Positions 52,976-64,000 of a stretch of DNA of 64,000 nucleotides are shown in pieces. Under the pieces are notes generated by a model. That model ran no database searches. It was given only the letters and a program-made list of their open reading frames with translations, and was not told where the DNA came from. Source of the DNA: Azolla caroliniana (taxonomy: Eukaryota > Plantae > Polypodiophyta). Within the stretch, counting starts at the first letter, position 1, and every line of letters starts with the position of its first letter. Position numbers and translations under genes: made by a program. Location of the stretch: positions 6,386,001-6,450,000 of the forward strand of contig JBHGNT010000013.1 in the NCBI GenBank assembly GCA_043228905.1. Reading direction: 5' to 3'.

Positions 52976-53654
52976 TGTTAAGCGTTGGGATAACAACACA
53001 ACCAGTCACGAATAAGAACGCATCAACAAGGACGTAGTACGAAGAGGAAACGACAAGAGGAAAGGAAAGCAAAGAGACGGCCAAATGTGAAAGGCCCATA
53101 CCCTAAACGTGAAAGCTATATAAACCACTTAGTAGTGGCTTTGTGGGGGTTCTCCCATTTGTAAAGATCTCCTATTGATTAGAACTAGAGCTTCCTCTCC
53201 TCTTTCTTGTAACCTTTGAGCTTAAGAGAGATTAGTGAAGTGTTGAGTTAGAGAACACTAATCTCTCTCCTTGTTGGTGCTAGACCTCTTAGCAAAGAGG
53301 GTTAATAATAGACATACTCTTGCTTCTTATTGTCTATATCTATTGATCTATTGTCTATGAGAGAGAGCTTGAGAGAGTGAGAGAGATATCGTGCTTAATC
53401 ATTTACTAATCGTTGAGTGAGTGTGAGGCTCGGAGGTATCTGACAACCATCTCCGCCCGATTCGCCATCAAGAGGGTATACGCCGGTCCGAATCCCGCCA
53501 TGACATCGAGGAGCTTACTCCATCGATACATAGATCCTTAACATCTATTTGGCGCCGCTACCAAGGATGTGACCGACGCTTGAAGCCTATTTTCGAGTAG
53601 TCAAAAACTCGGAGGCAAACCACTCAACGAAGGAAGAAATCGCAAGAGAACCAC

Positions 53655-54190
53655 CATTTTCTGTTTTTTTCATCATTTCATAGTTTAATTAAGTTTCATT
53701 TTCTGTTTTTTTCATCATTTCATAGTTTAATTAAGTTCTACTTTCTGTTTTTTTATCATTTCATAGTCTAATTAAGTTCCATTTTCTGTTTTTTTATCAT
53801 TTCATAGTATAATTAAGTTCCATTTTCCGTTTTTCTCATTATTCCATAGGTTAATTAAGTCGATTTTTTGTTCATTCGCTCGGTTAACATTAAACACTGT
53901 GGAGATTAGGCCGTTACAGGGCAAGCATAATCACCGCGAGTCTCGCAGCTTACGATCACTCCACAGGTCACGAAGTGACCGTTGGCGCCAAAAAGTTTGA
54001 ATTTCCCACGCAAAGCTCGTCGAAAGAACAACCTTCGACGAAGATTCATCCTTTGACGAAGATTCAACCTTCGACGAACCCTAAACCCTTCGACGACGAT
54101 TCAACCTTCGACGAAGATTCATCCTTCGACGAAGATTCATCCTTCGGTGAAGATTCATCCTTCGACGAAGATTCAACCTTCGACGAACCT
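53655..54190 (+). repeat. Leader repeats: ~41-bp x5 (53655-53860) and 18-bp TTCGACGAAGATTCA(A/T)CC array (54030-54190)
   Basis: Directly visible tandem units. Confidence 0.85.
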
Positions 54191-54211
54191 ATAAAAACTT
54201 GACCAGAAAAC

Positions 54212-57200
54212 ATGGCCGGATCCTCATGGACAGAAATGTTCAAAACCCGACCTGCACGCCTGGAGGAGTCCACGCAAACCAACCAAACCCACGATGCCGT
54301 CCCACCTAACCCGACTCAGTACCACGGAGGGTGGCTAACTCCGGGGATACTACCAAACATGAACCTCCCATCGAGCCCAGGAACTAAAGCACTTCTCAAC
54401 ACACCCCCACTACAGGAGAGCCCAATGGCAGACCCACTCAGTGTAGAATGACATATACGAGACGCAGCGCAAGAGTTACGGGTGATAGAACACGAAATCA
54501 ATCTATGGACGGTACAACTTGCGAAAGGAGGACAACCGGAAAGCACCACTCGAGATATCGAAGCCGCTTTGGCAGAAAGGAAGGATAGATTCGCACGAGT
54601 GCAACAAAAACTTCACTGCCTAGAAACATCGTCGCACATACACCGCCAAAGTCAGGAGCACAGCCCCGTACCGCGTTCGAGCACAACGGGCGATAGCCCG
54701 AACGAAACCCGTGCACAATGACACCCGACACCACCACGCATGGGCACAATCCCTACACTTGACCAAGCTACCCCTACACCTCCAAACGCCGAACTCGCAC
54801 TAGCGCTACAATCCATCCAAACTCTCGTAGCATTGATGGAAAAAGAGCAAGCACCCACAGACCATCAGAGAAACCTCACAAATGACAGTGGGAAGAGTGC
54901 TTCCATTTCTAAACTAGTACCTCGTTTCCTCGGTTTCGGCGATGCCTATGACCATGTCGAGAGGTTCAAATAGATTTGCCACGCTTATGAACCCCTCACA
55001 GAGATCACCAAGGTAGCCGCGTTTGGACTCACACTTGATGACCAAGCCGGAATCTGGTTTCGAACCTTAAATGAAGACATCGTCGCCGATTTCGAGTACG
55101 TCATTGAGGATTTCTTGATAAACTTCGCTCGCAGAGGGAATAAATGGAACCCGATTGACCAACTTTTCGCCCTCAAACAAGAAGCGAACGAAACGGTCAG
55201 GGACTACATATGTCGTACGAAAAGCCTACATCATCGTTGTACTCCGAACGACAAGATATCGGATGACAAGTTGATGAGTCGTTTCATTAATGGGTTGTTT
55301 GATACGACACTCCAAAATTTCCTAATTGCCAGGATGTGTCGATCGTTCGCTGAAGCCTGCACAGTAGTGATGACCTTTGAAGATTTGATGAGTGGATTAC
55401 AAATACCCACTCACGCACCCACGAACAACCGTGAGAAATCCTCCGACTCCACCCCTGCTCTACCCACACCACCGCGAACACCCCGTATAGAAAGACCCCA
55501 AGCATACGCCCAACGAGAAAATGTAAGGTGCACGGTATGTCACGGACACCACATGGGACATGAGTGTCCCCTCCATCAACGACGGCCGCAATACTGTAAG
55601 TGGTGCAAAGCTTTCGTAATGCATACGCAAGAGAACTGCTGGCAAGCCCCCATTGGAAGGTACGGCCAAACGCCAATGGTGGAACACCCACGCTCTCCCC
55701 CACCACTTAGCCGTCCACCACTACCAACGATACTCCCTGCACAACCCCCACTACCGCGCATCGGCGCCCGCCTTGCTGAACTGGAGTATACCACAGATAA
55801 CCAAACCCATGTCGGAGCGAGCACCCCCATATATGAAGACCCGTACCGGGAGTATGGCATTGAAGAAGAGGTGTTGTCCCATTTTGTGGATTTTGAAGGC
55901 GACCAAATACCAGTGTACGTCCTGAGAGGGGAACAACGTGGACCCCCTATGGGATACCGCAACAACAATGGTCTAAGGAGGTCAGAATTGAAATGCTTCA
56001 ACTGCCAAGGCCCACATATGGTTAGCGAGTGCCCAACCAAACATGAGTACTACAACCGGATGGCCCAACGACCACGACATCTCCCACTCGACACGCCTCC
56101 GCAACCACTGGCGCAAGGGCCCACCCAACAGTCGCAAGACCTCATCGAATGGTTCCAAAGAGAAGCATCATGCCCAGGGTGCGGTAAAGAACACCTAGTA
56201 CCTGATTGCCCGGGAAAGAAGAAAAGGGTTGGCACAAATCTGTTGTCCATTGTACCATCCACGATCGGTGCTAATGTCCTTACACGAGCCCAACGAGTAG
56301 CGCACAATTTAAAATACCAAGATCAAGGTCTCCCTGTGACTGCATGTAAGAGATGCAAATCTAGAAAGAATAATTCCACGCAGACCTCAAAACAAGATCA
56401 AGAACCAGAGGGAGACACAGAAACATTACCTGTCAATCTGAATCAAGAACTGCCAGCGCACCTAGCGGCATACCCAAACCCAGTAGCTGAGAAACAAAAA
56501 GTAGAAGAATACATCAAACTCATACACCACGAACAGTTTGAAAAACCACTTAGCCTCCCCAGCTTAAATTTTGACCAACTAGAAGAATGGGTAAACCCCT
56601 CACCTCCCCCTGTCGTCACACCAACCGACACCCCCATTTGCCATCCTACCCCGATCAAAGAGGTCAACACAACTCTACTCCAACAAATCTTAAATTTAAG
56701 ATTGCGACTCACATTACGCGAAGTGCAAAGCTACATTGGCACCTTCACCATTGACAACCCCCTGCTACGACCTCTACTCGCCAAGGAAATAGAGTTCACG
56801 CTCGAAGAACTACTCAAACTCGATGTCCAACCGTGGCACGACGTCCTCCGACGCCTCAATGGTGGCCTATCAGCGGGATATGGTGAAGGGATACACACCC
56901 ACACTCCTCACACGTCCACAGTCCTCAAACAACCCGAAGGACCGCCAATCGACGTCCACGAAGCCCACTTCGAGAGCAACGACACTAGTTTCACTCTACC
57001 AGTCTGTGTCAATGGTAAGACGTGTGACGCCATCATTGACACCGGAGCAAGGGTAAGTATCGTCAGTTACGAATGTTGGTGTAAGTGGGGGAGCCCAAAA
57101 ATGATGCCTTCCGATGTCAAACTACGAATGGCAGATGGGTCCATCCAAAGATCGGAAGGCATGATTCCTGTGCATCACTTCACTATCCACGGAGTGGAGT

Positions 57201-60200
57201 TCAATCTCACCTTCGTCGTCACAAGATCATCCAACCACGTAGCCTACGAGTGCTTACTAGGAAGACCATTCCTACGTATAAGCTGCCTGGTCATGGATTT
57301 TGGGAACGACATAATCTATATGCGAAAGGACAACAAAACCTTTCGCATCAAAGCATACACACAAAAAGTGCATGAACAAGAAGGCAGCCCTCTCGTAGAC
57401 GATTGGTCAGAAACCACTGAGTTCGAGACCAACCTCCTAGCGTGCAACCCCACGAAGACAGTTCAACTCTTGACCAGAGGCCAACACTTTCCTCAAAGCC
57501 TCACCACTTCCAAAGAGGAGAACGCACGTGAGAGAGACGACCAATCCGTCGCCACAACCGACGCAATGTACCCTATAGGTACAAAGTGTTGTGACAAGAA
57601 CAGAGAAACAATTTCCTGCTTCAACGTCACCACCTTAGGACCCCGACGAAAAGACGTAGACATAAAGGATGAAGAACTGGTACAACGAATCACACGTCCA
57701 GATGACGTCACGACCACTCAAGAGGCTGTGACGGAAGCGGACTTCCCAGAGCATTTCAAACTCTATGAACAAGGGAGTAGGGAAGTGGCTTGTAAGAGAC
57801 CGCAACGCAACCCCCAAGGCCTAGGAGAAGTCTATGATGGACCACCAAGGGTGAAAGAAATCAACCTTGGGAAAGGGGCAAACTCCAAATCGGTGTTCAT
57901 AGCTACAGATCTCTAGCCTGACGAGGAGGAGTCCTTGATCACTCTCCTCACGGAATTTTGCGACGTGTTTGCATGGTCGTACGTCGACATGAAGGGAGTC
58001 CCAGCTGAGGTCGTCACACATAGTATCCCCATGCGAGTCGACGCCCGCCCAATCCAGCAAAGGCCACGTCCAATGAACCCTAACTACGCCCAACAAGTGA
58101 AAGCCGAAATCAACAAAATGTTGGTTGCCGGCATTATCTACCCAATCGAACGAACTACTTGGGTCTCCCCAATTGTGGTCGTCCCAAAGAAAAACGGCCA
58201 GATCCGCATATGCGTAGACTACCGCCAAGTTAACGAAGCCACTATCAAGGACAATTACCCGGTACCCTACATCGAACATTTACTCGAAAGAACCGCGGGA
58301 GTAGAAGCGTATAGCTTCATCGACGGGTTCTCCGGGTACAACCAAATCTCGGTGGTCCCTGAGGATCAACACAAGACAGCTTTCGCCATGGAATTTGGTA
58401 CGTTCGCGTATAAACAGATGCCTTTCGGACTCACGAGCGCCTTGAGCACCTACCAAAGAGCGGCAGACCATATCTTTGCCACAAGGTTACGACAAGGGGT
58501 GGAGTCTTATGTTGACGACTTATGTTGCAATTCGAAATGGCATGACCACTTGGGGCTACTCTGTTTGACGTTCGAAAAATGCAGAACCTATCAACTCTCT
58601 CTCAACCCGCTCAAGTGTCAGTTCTAGGTCAAGCACGGAATAATATTAGGACACGTCGTGTCCCGCCACAGGATCTCGACCGATGAGGCAAAAGTAAAAC
58701 TCAACCTTGACATGCCACCCCCCACGAGCGAGAAACAACTACAAGGGTTCATGGGATACGCAGGTTACTATAGACGCTTCATTAAGATGTTCGCGGACAA
58801 GGCTAGACCACTCTACTCCCTATTAAAGCAGTTCGTGTGGACAGAAGAATGCACACACTCCTTCAAGCTCTTGAAAGAGGGCCTAACTAAGGCCCCCATC
58901 CTCCGGCCTCCCGATTGGACCAAAGAATTCCACGTGCACACCGATGCTTCCGCCTTCGCGATTGGTGCAGTGCTAGCCCAACCCGGTGAAGGGGCATTCG
59001 ACCTACCGGTCACCTTCGCTAGTCGCCACCTAAATGCCGCGGAACGAAATTACTCCACGACGGAACGGGAGGCTTTGGCCATGGTCTACAATGTAAAGAA
59101 ATTCCGCCACTACCTGTTGGCGTCCCAGTTCTCATTTTTTGTAGACCATCAGGCCCTACTCTACTTAGTAAACAAAACTCACGCCACTGGACGCATCTCA
59201 CGATGGATCGTAACGTTACTCGAATTTGACTTCAAGGTAGTAGTGAGAAAAGGGAAAGACCATGTACTCGCCGATCATTTCTCCCGGATTCCCAACGGAG
59301 AAGAAGCCATTGGGGTCGATGATGAAACACCAGACGCAGTATTATTGGCGATCGATACCGTACCAGCATGGGCATTAGACATAGTTCGCGTCCTAACGGA
59401 AGGAGCGTCCTTCCTAAAACAACTACCACGAACACATGCACGTGCCTTGCTAAAGAAATGTGGCCCCTTCACGATGCTCCGAGGCAATCTGTACCGTCGA
59501 GGTAACGACGAAATACTTCGGAGGTGTATAACAGACCATGACGTCGTCACCACCCTCGAACAAGCTCATTGCGGGAGCAGAAGTGGTCATTTCAATCACG
59601 AGACCACTCCACGCAAGATCCTCCAGTCCGGACTATGGTGGACAACACTCTTCAAAGACACATACGTGTACGTACGTCGCTGTGACGAGTGCCAATGTTT
59701 CAAACACCCGCTAAAGGCGGATTTTAATACGTTAAACTCGGTGGTGGCATGGCAACCATTTGAGAAATGGGGTATCGACTTTATCGGCCCAATCAGCCCA
59801 GCTTCCAACCTCAACCGATACATAATAACCGCCACCAACTACGCCACCAAGTGGATTGAAGCTAAAGCTTGCGTTAACGCCGACGCGCGTAGTACTGCCA
59901 AATTCCTATATGAAAATGTCATCGTACGGTTTGGATGTCCGCTCGAAATCATTAGTGACCAAGGCTCACATTTCCTGAACGAGGTGATAGCACATTTATT
60001 AGGCGAGTTTATGGTGACACACCGCAAAAGTTCCCCTTATTACCCTCGATGCAACGGACAAGCGGAAAGCACGACTAAGGTGCTATGTGCAGTACTCACA
60101 AAGATAGTCGCTGCCTCACGATCTGATTGGAGCACCAAACTCCAAGCAGCATTATGGGCTTTCCGTACTTCCTACAAAGTCGCAACTCGCCACACACCAT

Positions 60201-62029
60201 TCAAACTGGTGTACAGGCAAGAAGCAGTATTACCCATCGAGTTCCTTGTCCCCAGCCTCAGGATCGCCGTACAAGAACGATGGGAAGGGGACCCCCTCCT
60301 GTCACGCCTAGAGAACCTAGAACGACTGACAGAAACTCGCCTTCTCGCATTCCAGGCACTCTTGGTAGAGAAAGCCAATAGAAAGGTGTGGCACGACAAT
60401 AAAGTCAAGAACAAAGACCTCGCGAAAGGCGACATGGCCCTCAAATTCTCCTCTCAACGACACAAGAAGAAACTGAAGTTACGGGGTGAAGGCCCATATG
60501 TGGTTTCGGAGATTACCAAGACAGGAGCATGTCGCCTACGCACGATCGAAGGTTTGGACATCCCCGGGTTCATTAATGGGAGCAAGCTCAAACGTTACTA
60601 TGGACCCCTCACACTCGAGGCTCTACTCACGACTCGGCAACGAGAGGTAGAGGCCAAACTTAAAGCCTCCGAAGGCCGAATGGCCCGGCTCGAAACCGAC
60701 CTACGCCATACGCAAGCGAAATTGAAGCGACAGGGACACACCCATCCGACAGCCATGGCTCAGGCAGCCAACTCTAATGATGGAACAATACAACTACGAT
60801 GTTGTGTCGACGACATGCCTTTGACGGCGGTAATCAACACAGGAGCATCGCTAACCCTTTTCTCCTTTGAAACATGGAGACGTCTAGGTTGCCCAAACCT
60901 CGAAGTGTGCAACGACAATTTCCGTGGCTTCGATGAGTCCATGTCATGTTGCCTAGGAACTTTCGGGTGTAACATCAAGACAGAATACAGCATGCACGTA
61001 ATCCAAGTTCGGGTACTCCCACCCGGAGTGATGCACACACAATGCCTCTTCGGTTTAGATTGGTGTCACATAAGCGAATGTCTCCAATCACCCAGCAAAC
61101 ACATCATCTCTTTTCAAATAGGAGGTGGACTGAAGTCCGAGGACCTCATCGCAACAACACTCGAATCACATCTCGTTGTCCTCGCTGATCCCCAAAGCAT
61201 GGAGCTACCCAAACAAGCAACACACCAACACCCACAGGCCGCCCATGGCCAACACGACACTAACAATAGAACACAGACACCCAAACCATGAGAATGGGTG
61301 AACGTCCACGCAGTTTTCGCTGAAGGCCCACGCTACGGAGAACGTGCGGTGTGGCGAGTCAGAAAAATACTCACAACCGCACAAGGTTGGCACAATGGCG
61401 CCACTAGCTTCTGGGTTCCGAAACGAAATCGACTCCCCGTTCGCGATCGAAACACCCCTACATGGGACATCGATGAACCCCAAGGCACAGAGTCGCTCAA
61501 CCAAACCGAACGCGAATACCCACTGGCCACCCAAGACCAGCGCGACGTTAACATCAGAACACAGACACCCAAACCATGGGAATGGATGAATGTTCATGCT
61601 GTTTTTGCGAATGGACAACGTTGTGGAGAATCCGCCATTTGGCGAGTCAAAAAGACACTCACAACAGCACAAGGTTGGCACAAAGGCGCCACTAGCTTCT
61701 GGGTCCCGAAACGAAGCCGGCTCCCTAGTCGCGATCATACCACGCCTGCAGGGGACACCCGAAAAGCACACACATCATCAGCTCGGTATCCCGCCCAGGA
61801 TAAAGCCACAGGAATCGACAAGCCTAAACAACTTAGAGACCGAACACCCTGTAGGAAGGTTTCACAAATCCTCCCCACCCACTTAACAAACATGCCGCAA
61901 GTTTGGATCCTTAAAAGCCACAGACCCGGAACCTCACACGATACCCGAGTGACACTCCCTCCACAGTCGCATCCTCAAGGTTCCTCAAAAGCCCTTAATT
62001 TACCCAATCCCCTACCACATTCCCCGTAG
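54212..62029 (+). pseudogene. Single-frame ~2600-codon polyprotein (GAG, 4 Zn knuckles, PR, RT, RH, INT, second PR-like domain, repeats) broken by six point stops
   Basis: ORFs starting 54212, 54482, 54740, 55115, 57935, 58658 and 61298 share one frame. Motifs IDTGA, YVDD, HTDAS and WGIDF/SDQG. Confidence 0.9.
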
Positions 62030-63104
62030 ACACCCATTCAGACCCCTGTCACCATTGGTATCCGAATCTTCTCCATCGATTCCTCCTTACCCTTCTGACC
62101 TCGCTTCCCCGTGGATTGTCCCTCGTTGCTGTGGTTTATGTTTTATTAATTGTATCAGTTTTTATTTTTTATTTTTTTATTATTTTTAAAATTTTAAATT
62201 TATTCTTATTTATTTATTTATTTATTTATTTTATTTATTTATTTATTTTATTGATTTAATTTATTTGTAATGACTATTATTGTCAGTTTGATTTGTATTT
62301 ATTTAATTAATTAATTATTTATTCTTTTCTGTCTTTTTTATTTTTATGATTTTTATTATTTTATTATTTTTTCTATACCGATTATTATTATCTTTATTTT
62401 ATTTTATTTTATTTTATTTTATTTATTTATTATTTATTATTTTGTTTTGTTTTGTTTTTTGAGTGGTTTTTTCTTTTTCTTTTTCCTTTTTGCTTTTTTC
62501 TTTATTCGTTTTCCTTCTTCTTCTTCTTTTTCTCTCCTTCTTCTTTGCTCTACCTCCCCTCCCTCCTTTTTTAGCTCTCCTCTTTCTGCTTGTCCCCTTC
62601 CTTCTCACTACACACACGCTCTGCAGCAGTCTTCCCCTCCTCCACCCCCAATCTCTATTCGTGGATTTCTCCCACCCTCAACGTCCCCACCCCTACTCCA
62701 TCAGTTGCCTGCCCCGGTCACCACCTCGTCTCCTCCACACCTTGCTTTCCCACGCCTCAGGTAGGCCCTTCCCCCCCCCTCTCTCGTTTTGCCACACCAC
62801 ACTACACTCCCCTCGTGTGTTGTACCTGCCCTTCGTCCCTCTCCGGGGGCCATGGCCGCCACCATGACGTTGTCCTCCTCCTCCTGTCACCGGCACACTA
62901 CGGGCCTCCCAACCACGCCGTTTACACGCCCCCATGGCGTCCATAGCCGTTGCCCCGTCGCCGCCGCCCCTCCTCGTGGCGCTGCCCATTCACGCTGCCC
63001 CACCGTCCCGGCGTTTTTCGTTCCCCCCGAGGTGGCCGCGACAGCCGCCTCGTCGTTTCACCCTCCCCACGTCGTTGGCCGTTTACAGACCACTCTGCCT
63101 CGTG

Positions 63105-63497
63105 GTTCGAGGGGTCCAACCCCTCGAACTACCCGTTGTTCGAGGGGTCCAACCCCTCGAATCACACAATGTTCGAGGGGCCCAACCCCTTGAACTACCC
63201 GTTGTTCGAGGGGCCCAACCCCTCGAACTACCCGTTGTTCGAGGGGCCCAACCCCTCGAACTACTCGTTGTTCGAGGAGTCCAACCCACCACACCCAACA
63301 CAGTGTTCGAGGGGCCCAACCCCTCAAACCAAACCCAGCCCAACCCCTCGAACTACATAGTGTTCGAGGGGCCCAACCCCTCGAACTACCCGTTGTTCGA
63401 GGAGTCCACACCCAGCCCAACTCCTCGAACACACGTTGTTCGAGGAGCCCAAACTCCTCGAACCACACGTCGTTCGAGGAGTCCAACTCCTAGACCA
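63105..63497. repeat. ~33-bp palindromic tandem array GTTCGAGGGG-CCCAA-CCCCTCGAAC
   Basis: Units start at 63105, 63138, 63171, 63204, 63237, 63270, 63305, 63362, 63395, 63438 and 63472. Confidence 0.92.
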
Positions 63498-63652
63498 CGT
63501 AACCCTTAGTTGTTATGTTACTACGAAGTTAGGACCCCAAGTAAAATAAAAATAAATAAAAAAAAGCAGGGGAATCTATTTAAACTACCCGTACTTGCTG
63601 ATTCGTGATCACATTTACCTATACTAATATTTTTCCTTGCAGGTTGCCAACG

Positions 63653-64000
63653 ATGACGCCTCCCCAATTCATCAAACTCCTCCACGCATACTACCCCGAC
63701 GGAGGGTGCGGTTCCTTAGTCATTCCAGTGGTGTTCAAGAATACCCGATGTACTTACCGGGTCCCCACAGCCGCCACGCAGCTCAAGTACCTCGAACCCG
63801 ACGTGTTCGCCACTCTCTCACGACTTGGCCTCAAGTTCTTCCTTAGGATCAGGCCGTGGGGCGTCCTACCCGAACTGGTCAACCGTTTCCTCATCGGGTA
63901 CAACCCCGATACGGGCCTCGTCGATATGCAGCCTTTCACAGACTCCCACCCCGTCGCATTCCAGTTCACCGCGGCCGACGTTTGTGCTATGCTACATTTA
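63653..64000 (+). CDS. Partial extra ORF, plant-mobile-domain (PMD)-like
   Basis: The ATG follows a TTTTCCTTGCAG acceptor (63642). The frame is open for 116 codons to the window end: ..LSRLGLKFFL..PELVNRFLIGYNPDTG..FTAADVCAMLHL. Confidence 0.55.
   Translation, partial: MTPPQFIKLLHAYYPDGGCGSLVIPVVFKNTRCTYRVPTAATQLKYLEPDVFATLSRLGLKFFLRIRPWGVLPELVNRFLIGYNPDTGLVDMQPFTDSHPVAFQFTAADVCAMLHL

Larger units (their letters stand above)
52976..64000 (+). mobile_element. Non-chromovirus Gypsy (Athila/Tat/Phygy-like), running off the window
   Basis: 5' LTR 52976-53543 (TGTTAAG...CTTAACA) and PBS TGGCGCCGCTACCAAGGA at 53550-53567. Confidence 0.9.

Noticed and set aside
54449-61291. Stops repaired by U-to-C editing or programmed readthrough
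   Set aside because: Plant U-to-C editing is organellar, and several stops derive from TGG (G>A) at conserved positions. Mutational decay is the simpler explanation.
63105-63497. CRISPR-like palindromic repeats
   Set aside because: Spacers are only ~8 bp and mostly repeated, there are no cas genes, and the context is a eukaryotic retroelement.
62423-63509. Many overlapping ORFs
   Set aside because: They arise from low-complexity and 33-bp repeat DNA that lacks stop codons.

Overview
This is eukaryotic nuclear DNA from a land plant, most likely a fern or other seed-free plant. That taxon call is inferred from the PPR E-domain type and the TE families. Most of the window is nested transposable elements around one host gene, a PLS-E/E+ PPR editing-factor gene (20440-22893) with an eroded DYW relic after its stop. 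Two intact, very young LTR elements have LTR pairs that look identical by eye: a Ty3/Gypsy chromovirus (5974-13025, TSD GTGAC, TG..TA termini) and a Ty1/Copia (28131-33504, TSD CCTAG). Several decayed Copia, Gypsy and LINE copies and satellites are also present. The most notable element is a complete 12.2-kb TIR DNA transposon (33825-45996; GGG..CCC TIRs; 4-bp TSD ATAT) with Sola2-type motifs. It encodes an intact 3-exon transposase of about 813 aa and a convergent, intact multi-exon accessory gene of about 950 aa (coiled-coil, RING-H2, acidic repeats), and its introns and ends are rich in (T)AGTACT(A) palindromes. A non-chromovirus Gypsy (52976 to window end) has a second aspartic-protease-like domain after integrase, a covarying hairpin array and a PMD-like extra ORF. 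All alignments were read by eye and no database searches were run.
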